The notes beneath the pieces are model-generated. The model was given only the letters and a program-made list of their open reading frames with translations. It had not been told where the DNA came from and did not search any database. The translations under genes were made by a program, and so were the position numbers. A stretch of 64,000 bases of DNA from Brevirhabdus sp. (GTDB lineage: Bacteria; Pseudomonadota; Alphaproteobacteria; Rhodobacterales; Rhodobacteraceae): NCBI GenBank assembly GCA_047518005.1, contig JAKZRT010000011.1:3701-67700 (forward strand). Direction: 5' to 3'. This document shows positions 58,696 to 64,000 of this stretch, one piece after another. Within the stretch, counting starts at the first letter, position 1, and every line of letters begins with the position of its first letter.

Positions 58696-60510
58696 TCAGT
58701 CTTCATACCACCAAACGTCCGGTTGCCAACCGATCCAGTCGCCATACATCGGGATATGGTCAGGGAATTTCAGTTGCCGCGCGTGGGCGATGCGGCTGAT
58801 GTTCCACTGATAGATCGGGATGACATAGCGCCCAGACGTCAGCACCCGGTCCAGCGCCTTGGCGGCGGCCAGAAAATCGTCGCGGCTGGTCGAATTGACC
58901 AGCCGGTCGATCATCGCCTCGGCGGCGGGTGAATTCATCCCCATCCAGTTGCGCGTGCCCGGTTCTTCGACGCCCTTCGCGCCCCAGTAAAGATATTGCT
59001 CGTTGCCGGGGCTTAACGACAGACCGCGCCGGTAATAGGCCATGTCGAAATCATAGACCTGAGTACGTTCCTTGTATTGCGCGCTGTCGATCACAGCGAT
59101 GGTCGGCTCGATCCCGAGGCGTTCCAGCGCCTTTGCATAGATGTCGGTGATGGATTGGTTCTCGTTGGACCCCTGGCGCAGCAGAATTTCAAAGGCGAAG
59201 GGGGCACCGGAGGCATCGACAAGCTTGCCGTCAATTACCTGCCATCCGGCATCTTCCAACAGGGCGGCAGCGCGCGCCAGATTGGCCCGGTTGCGTTCCG
59301 ACCCGTCACCTTGGGGCAGGGCGTAGCCATCCATCGCACCCGGCAGCAACTGATCCGCGAAGGGTTCGAGAAATTCGCGTACGCGGCCTGCTGCCGCACC
59401 GCCGGACATGCCCAGAACCGAGTTCGAAAAATAGGATGAGATTCTGGGTTGAACACCGCCGTTCATCTTTTCGTTGATGAACTCAAAGTTGAATGCATGC
59501 AGCATCGCATCGCGCACCCGCCAGTCGGCAAAGACCGGGCGGCGCGTGTTCATCACAAAGCCGGTGATCCCGGAAGGCCGCTGGTGGGTGACGATCGATT
59601 TGACCACATCACCCGAATCCACCGCCGGAAAATTGTATTGCGCCTCCCATTTCGCGGCATTGAATTCGCGCTGCGTGTTGGTCGCGCCGGCCCGGAACGC
59701 TTCCAGCGTCACCGCCCCGTCGGCGAAGTAATCGATGCGAATTTCATCAAGGTTCGCGGTGCCACGCCGGAAGGCCAGATCTTTGCCCCAGTAATCGGGG
59801 TTTCGGGTGAACGTGATAAAGCGCCCCGGTTCAAAATCGCCGACAACATATGGTGCGCTGGCAATCGGAATGAAGTCAGTGCCGCTTTGATCAAATTCGC
59901 GCCCTTCCCATTGCGCTTTTTTCAGGATCGGTCGCAAGCCGATGATCAGGGCCAGTTCGCGATCTTCGACGTTGAAGGTGAATTTGATCGACTGCGGCCC
60001 AGTTATTTCGGCGGTCTCAACCTTGCCCCAGGCGCCGCGATAGCGCGGATGTCCAACAGTGCCGAGCGTCTCGTACGACCACAGGACATCCTCGATGGTC
60101 ACCGGCGAACCATCAGAAAATCGGGCCTCTTTTCGAAGCGTAAATTCCACCCACGACCGATCGTCGGGTGTCTCAATCGATTCGGCCAACAGTCCGTAAA
60201 GCGAAAACGGCTCGTCCCAGCTCCGGCCCATCAGCGATTCGTAGGCCAAGAACCTCAGCTGCCAGGGCACACGTCCCTTGCGGATGTGTGGATTGAGACT
60301 GTCAAAGCCGCCGGTCTCGCCAAAGATGATCCGTCCGCCTTTGGGCGCTTGCGGATTGGCATAGGGCAGGGACACAAAATCTGGTCCCAAGGCGGGGTCC
60401 CCATACATAGCTATGCCATGTTTGGGCTCGGCAGCGGCCAGATTCCCCAGGCTCAGCGCCACGATAAGAGGTCCAATCATCGCGCAGCGCGGGAAACATA
60501 TTGATGCCAT
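58696..60510 (-). CDS. ABC transporter substrate-binding protein, family 5 (peptide/YejA-like)
   Basis: 604 aa that reads as SBP_bac_5 throughout, with a signal peptide. ATG at 60510 with GGAGGA upstream, and an alternative ATG at 60480. Confidence 0.9.
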   Translation of the reverse strand: MASICFPRCAMIGPLIVALSLGNLAAAEPKHGIAMYGDPALGPDFVSLPYANPQAPKGGRIIFGETGGFDSLNPHIRKGRVPWQLRFLAYESLMGRSWDEPFSLYGLLAESIETPDDRSWVEFTLRKEARFSDGSPVTIEDVLWSYETLGTVGHPRYRGAWGKVETAEITGPQSIKFTFNVEDRELALIIGLRPILKKAQWEGREFDQSGTDFIPIASAPYVVGDFEPGRFITFTRNPDYWGKDLAFRRGTANLDEIRIDYFADGAVTLEAFRAGATNTQREFNAAKWEAQYNFPAVDSGDVVKSIVTHQRPSGITGFVMNTRRPVFADWRVRDAMLHAFNFEFINEKMNGGVQPRISSYFSNSVLGMSGGAAAGRVREFLEPFADQLLPGAMDGYALPQGDGSERNRANLARAAALLEDAGWQVIDGKLVDASGAPFAFEILLRQGSNENQSITDIYAKALERLGIEPTIAVIDSAQYKERTQVYDFDMAYYRRGLSLSPGNEQYLYWGAKGVEEPGTRNWMGMNSPAAEAMIDRLVNSTSRDDFLAAAKALDRVLTSGRYVIPIYQWNISRIAHARQLKFPDHIPMYGDWIGWQPDVWWYED

Positions 60511-60589
60511 TTTGGGAATAATCCTCCGGCTCCCTTATTTGTTTGGGCTACAGCCTAGCCATGGCCTTCAACGTTTTCAAACTTTTAAC

Positions 60590-60618
60590 TTGGCGGGCGG
60601 CGGGATGTTGCGTATAAA
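60590..60618 (+). promoter_or_regulatory. Sigma70-like promoter candidate TTGGCG-N17-TATAAA
   Basis: -35 TTGGCG at 60590-60595, a 17-nt spacer and -10 TATAAA at 60613-60618, counted base by base. It faces the orphan terminator. Confidence 0.4.
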
Positions 60619-60624
60619 CGTTTT

Positions 60625-60700
60625 ACTGCTCGATAGGTTTCTTGCCTGTATGAAACCTGCCTCAATAACTTAACGTCGGCTTCGTGCCGGCGTTTTTTTT
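60625..60700 (+). ncRNA. Candidate small RNA of about 75 nt, or an attenuating 5' leader of bdhA
   Basis: The predicted TSS is about 7 nt after the -10. Hairpin 1 is AGGTTTC-10 nt-GAAACCT (60635-60658). A single-stranded GCCUCAAUAACUUAA follows, then an intrinsic terminator. No plus-strand coding gene lies upstream that the terminator could serve. Confidence 0.45.
60674..60700 (+). terminator. Canonical Rho-independent terminator
   Basis: CGTCGGC-TTCGT-GCCGGCG forms a 7-bp stem (one G-U pair) followed by T8. This is the clearest intrinsic terminator in the window. Confidence 0.75.
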
Positions 60701-60823
60701 GCGCCGCCTCCGGCGTTGCGCCGCCGCCGCGGGATATATTCACCGCAAGGCGCAGGGATTGAACTGGTCCTCATTGCCGCACCCGCTATGCTGCGGTGCA
60801 ACATGAGGCTGGAGGATCGGGCA

Positions 60824-61597
60824 ATGTCGCTGAATGGGAAAACCGCAGTGGTCACGGGGTCGAATTCGGGCATCGGGCTGGGGACCGTACGGTCGTTGGC
60901 CGAGGCCGGGGCCGACGTGGTTCTGAATTCCTTCACCGACACCGCCAATGATCACGATCTCGCCGCCGCCATCGGTCGGGAATATGGGGTCGCCGCCCGC
61001 TATGTCAGCGCCGATATGTCCGACGCGAACGCGGCGCGCGCCTTGATCGACGCTGCCGGGGCCTGCGATATTCTGGTCAACAACGCCGGCATCCAGCACG
61101 TCGCCCCGATCGAAGACTTCGCGCCCGAGATGTGGGATCGGGTGATCGCCATCAACCTGTCTTCGGCCTTTCACACTACGGCAGTCGCGCTGCCGCGCAT
61201 GCGCGCCGCGCGCTGGGGCCGGGTGATCAATATCGCCAGCGCCCATGGCCTGACCGCTTCGCCGTACAAGTCCGCCTATATCGCCGCCAAGCACGGAATT
61301 GTCGGCCTGACCAAGACCCTGGGGCTCGAGACCGCAGAGGAAAATATCACCGCCAACGCCATCTGTCCGGGCTATGTGCTGACGCCTCTGGTCGAGGCGC
61401 AAATACCCGATCAGATGAAAGCCCATGGGATGGACCGCGATCAGGTGGTGCGCGATGTCATGTTGGCCCGCCAGCCGTCGAAGGAATTTGCAACGGTCGA
61501 ACAGATCGGCGGTACGGTCATATTTCTGTGCACGGACGCCGCCGCGCAGATCACCGGAACCACAATCAGCGTCGACGGCGGCTGGACCGCACTATGA
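60824..61597 (+). CDS. bdhA: 3-hydroxybutyrate dehydrogenase (SDR)
   Basis: MSLNGKTAVVTGSNSGIGLG..., YIAAKHGIVGLTK and ICPGYVLTPLVEAQI. The ATG at 60824 is preceded by GGAGGA. Confidence 0.9.
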   Translation: MSLNGKTAVVTGSNSGIGLGTVRSLAEAGADVVLNSFTDTANDHDLAAAIGREYGVAARYVSADMSDANAARALIDAAGACDILVNNAGIQHVAPIEDFAPEMWDRVIAINLSSAFHTTAVALPRMRAARWGRVINIASAHGLTASPYKSAYIAAKHGIVGLTKTLGLETAEENITANAICPGYVLTPLVEAQIPDQMKAHGMDRDQVVRDVMLARQPSKEFATVEQIGGTVIFLCTDAAAQITGTTISVDGGWTAL

Positions 61598-62296
61598 GGT
61601 GTCACCAGGCCGGCCGCGCCCGCCCGGGCGGGCTGGATCCGGACCGTTCGGATACACAAGTCCGGCCGAGATCACCAGTTTGGCGGCCTCTTCGATTGTC
61701 ATGTCAAGCTCGATCACATCGGACCTTGGTACGAACAACAGATAGCCCGAGGTCGGATTCGGCGTGGTCGGAAGAAACACGCTGACCAGCTGTTCGTCGC
61801 CGGCGCGTGCGTTGACCTCGCCCCTGGCCTCGGTCGATATGAACCCAAGCGCCCAGATGCCCTTACGCGGATATTCGATCAGACAGGCTTTCTCGAACGA
61901 CCGCTCGGTCTGGGCGAAAACGGTTTCGGCGATCTGTTTCACGCCCGAATAGATGGATCGAACCACGGGCATGCGTTCGACCAGCCCCTCGCCCCAATAG
62001 ATCAGCGACCGACCAATCAGCCCTTTGGCGACCCAACCGACAAAGATCGTGAAAAGCAGAAAAGCGATCAGACCAGAGCCGCGCAGATTCACGCCGAAAA
62101 ACCGCTCCGGCCGTATGTTATCTGGGATGAATGGCAGGACCCAACCATCGATCCAGCCCACAAATGTCCAGATAAACCACGCCGTCAGCCCGATCGGCGC
62201 AACGACGACCAATCCGGTCAGAAAACTGTTGCGCAGGCCCGCAAAAAGCCCACGCCGACGCGGCGCGGGCAGCGGTGTTTCCAGCGGGTCGTTCAT
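61592..62296 (-). CDS. DUF502-family membrane protein
   Basis: RRRGLFAGLRNSFLTGLVVVAPIGLTAWFIW is a typical DUF502 N-terminus. ATG verified at 62296. The 3' end overlaps the bdhA stop by 6 nt (convergent). Confidence 0.75.
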   Translation of the reverse strand: MNDPLETPLPAPRRRGLFAGLRNSFLTGLVVVAPIGLTAWFIWTFVGWIDGWVLPFIPDNIRPERFFGVNLRGSGLIAFLLFTIFVGWVAKGLIGRSLIYWGEGLVERMPVVRSIYSGVKQIAETVFAQTERSFEKACLIEYPRKGIWALGFISTEARGEVNARAGDEQLVSVFLPTTPNPTSGYLLFVPRSDVIELDMTIEEAAKLVISAGLVYPNGPDPARPGGRGRPGDTS

Positions 62297-62372
62297 GAAT
62301 GTGTCTCGCAAGCCATAGAGGTCTGATGTAGGCGAGCCGGGGCAGGCTGGCAAGTTTATTGGTGTATCCGCC

Positions 62373-63281
62373 TCAGCGCGCCAGGTCGGCGGCGATCAGT
62401 GCCCCAAGATGCGCATTGTTTTTCACCAGCGCGATGTTGGCCGTCAGTGAACGGCCCCCGGTTAACTCAAATATCCGGTCCAGCAAATATGGCGTCACCG
62501 CCTTGCCGCGAATATCATCGGCCTCAGCCTCGCCCATCGCCTGTTCGATCAGTGGCGCAAGCTCTTGGAATGGTATTTCGTGCTCCCCAGGGATCGGATT
62601 GGCAACCAATTGCCCGCCCGGCAGCCCCAGGGCGGCGCGCATTTGGTGCGCTTGCGCAATTTCGTGCGGGTGATCGGCCCGCAACGGGGCCGCCATGCCC
62701 GAAGAGCGCGACCAGAAAGCCGGCAGGTCGTTCTGCCCAAAAGCAAACACCGGGACACCAAGCGTTTCCAGAACCTGTAGAGTCGCGGGCAGGTCCAGAA
62801 TGGCCTTTGGTCCGGCCGAAACAACGGTAACCGGGGTCTGGGCCAATTCCTGCAAGTCCGCTGAGATATCGAAGGAAACCTCCGCCCCGCGATGCACCCC
62901 GCCGATACCGCCGGTGGCAAAGACAGCGATCCCGGCTGCGCGGGCAGCAATCATGGTCGCGGCAACGGTTGTCGATCCGGTGCCGCCACTGGTCAGGCAA
63001 TGGGCAAAGTCAGCGCGCGACAGCTTGGCGACATGTCTTGTGGCTGCCAGCGCGCCCAACCCGTCCACGCTCAGCCCGATATGAATCTGCCCCGCCATCA
63101 CCGCGATGGTGGCCGGAACTGCCCCCGAGCCGCGAACTTCGGCAGCGACCGCAAGCGCGGTTTCGACGTTCTCGGGCGACGGCATGCCGTGGGTGATAAT
63201 GGTGCTTTCCAGCGCCACAACCGGACGCCCTTCGGCCAGCGCATCCGCGACCTCGGGCAGAAAGGCAAGCGGCAGGTTCAC
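62373..63281 (-). CDS. psuG: Pseudouridine-5'-phosphate glycosidase
   Basis: VVALESTIITHGMPSPEN and the rest read as the IndA/PsuG family. The GTG start at 63281 overlaps the psuK stop (GTGA). Confidence 0.9.
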   Translation of the reverse strand: MNLPLAFLPEVADALAEGRPVVALESTIITHGMPSPENVETALAVAAEVRGSGAVPATIAVMAGQIHIGLSVDGLGALAATRHVAKLSRADFAHCLTSGGTGSTTVAATMIAARAAGIAVFATGGIGGVHRGAEVSFDISADLQELAQTPVTVVSAGPKAILDLPATLQVLETLGVPVFAFGQNDLPAFWSRSSGMAAPLRADHPHEIAQAHQMRAALGLPGGQLVANPIPGEHEIPFQELAPLIEQAMGEAEADDIRGKAVTPYLLDRIFELTGGRSLTANIALVKNNAHLGALIAADLAR

Positions 63282-64000
63282 GGCCCTTCGTCCTTTGAAA
63301 TAAAATCGGCGGCGGCATCCAGCGCGGCCTCAAGTGCGGCCTGTCCGCCCGCACCTGCGGCCTCGGCCGCGATGTGGGCCGCCATCAGCGTGTCACCCGC
63401 GCCGGTAATCCGGCGGACCTCAACCGGTGGCGGATCGGCCTCGAAAAGCCCGTCCGGCCCCGCAATAGCCGCCGTGTGCGCACTATTTGAAACCATCGCG
63501 GAGGAAAACCCAATTTCCTGCAATTTTTCAGCCGCTTGCGCGGCGGTGTCAAAGTCGCACCCACACAGCGTCTGGGCCTCGCCCCGGTTCAAATAAAGCG
63601 TCAACTTCGGGTGGTCCAAAAGCATCGAAAGCCGCTGCGCTTTGCCCGGCGACGCGGGCGCGACCCGCAGATCAGCCAGCCCAAATGCGGGACTTTCGGC
63701 AATCTCGGCCAACAGGTCCTGCGTCAGGTTTCCATCAAGCGCAATCAGGCCGGGGTAGGGGTTGGCGATATCCCCCAGGGTTCCGTCAAGCAGCGGCGTC
63801 AAAATGGCGTCACCGGCGGCCTCCAGCGAATGAGCGTCGGCGATTGCTGCAACCAGACCCGCGTCACCGCACTCAATCGCCATGTACCGGTCGGTCGCCA
63901 AATCAGCGCGGCGGTGGATCAGATGGGTGTCCAGACCCATGGCCTCGGCTGCGGCCGTCAGCTCGCGGCCCTCGCCGTCTTCGCCAATGACCGTCAGCAG
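63278..64000 (-). CDS. psuK: PfkB-family carbohydrate kinase (pseudouridine kinase-like). The 5' end runs off the right edge.
   Basis: C-terminal GAGDTLMAAHIA motif. The frame stays open upstream of the track's Met (…LLTVIGEDGEGRELTAAAEAMGLD…) to position 64000. Coupled to psuG. Confidence 0.8.
   Translation of the reverse strand: MLTVIGEDGEGRELTAAAEAMGLDTHLIHRRADLATDRYMAIECGDAGLVAAIADAHSLEAAGDAILTPLLDGTLGDIANPYPGLIALDGNLTQDLLAEIAESPAFGLADLRVAPASPGKAQRLSMLLDHPKLTLYLNRGEAQTLCGCDFDTAAQAAEKLQEIGFSSAMVSNSAHTAAIAGPDGLFEADPPPVEVRRITGAGDTLMAAHIAAEAAGAGGQAALEAALDAAADFISKDEGP

Noticed and set aside
60635-60658. Relating the sRNA-candidate hairpin arms (AGGTTTC/GAAACCT) to the dispersed 18-nt motif (which ends in GAAACCT)
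   Set aside because: Only a 7-mer is shared and the inverted-repeat arms differ (GTTTCAA/TTGAAAC versus AGGTTTC/GAAACCT). This is most likely coincidence.
60606-60673. 22-codon ORF MLRINVLLLDRFLACMKPASIT ahead of the orphan terminator, as a possible leader peptide
   Set aside because: Its ATG lies within or upstream of the predicted -10 and TSS of the only promoter I can see, and it has no SD. The Leu run is short and has no obvious link to bdhA. It remains a possibility only if the true TSS is further upstream.

Overview
High-GC alphaproteobacterial chromosome segment. Hand-counted 60-nt stretches in ordinary genes run about 65-68% G+C, and gene content and order look Rhodobacteraceae-like. 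I call about 62 protein-coding genes. Nearly all are recognisable housekeeping functions, packed tightly with many 1-, 4-, 8- or 11-14-nt start/stop overlaps. In window order:
- kdsA (partial)-kpsE-kpsT capsule export
- nhaA
- a UDG-family gene
- mreB-mreC-mreD-mrdA-rodA
- leuA, preceded by a Leu-rich leader ORF
- a secreted protein with about 19 MORN units
- nadE
- cytochrome c' plus a dihaem cytochrome c, with a divergent LysR regulator
- surE-pcm-nlpD
- dnaB-alr-(Mla-like ABC pair)-pqiA-like-radA-cvpA-purF, all on one strand
- pyrC-pyrE
- infC, with an ATA start codon
- a sulfate-assimilation operon cysG-DUF2849-cysI-cysH-DUF934-fpr, with a divergent Lrp/AsnC regulator
- a penicillin-acylase-family gene
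- hemB
- mfd
- an MFS/DsbA/acyl-CoA-ligase operon
- a family-5 substrate-binding protein
- bdhA
- psuK (partial)-psuG

I saw no rRNA, tRNA, CRISPR array, transposase or integrase.

The anomalies worth a second look are:
1. An AT-rich (about 40% G+C) ORFan of roughly 0.7 kb sits exactly in the mlaE-mlaF junction.
2. An orphan promoter-hairpin-terminator unit at 60.6 kb is an sRNA or attenuator candidate.
3. A 17-codon leader ORF with four consecutive Leu codons lies upstream of leuA.
4. A 39-aa entericidin-like lipoprotein gene falls below the ORF-track length cutoff.
5. An exact 18-nt palindrome-containing repeat occurs at two AT-rich loci 30 kb apart.
6. A truncated SDR pseudogene lies at 47.8-48.1 kb.

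All family calls come from my own reading of the translations, not from database searches. The ORF track reports GTG and TTG starts as M and often begins too far upstream, so I re-picked several starts by hand.
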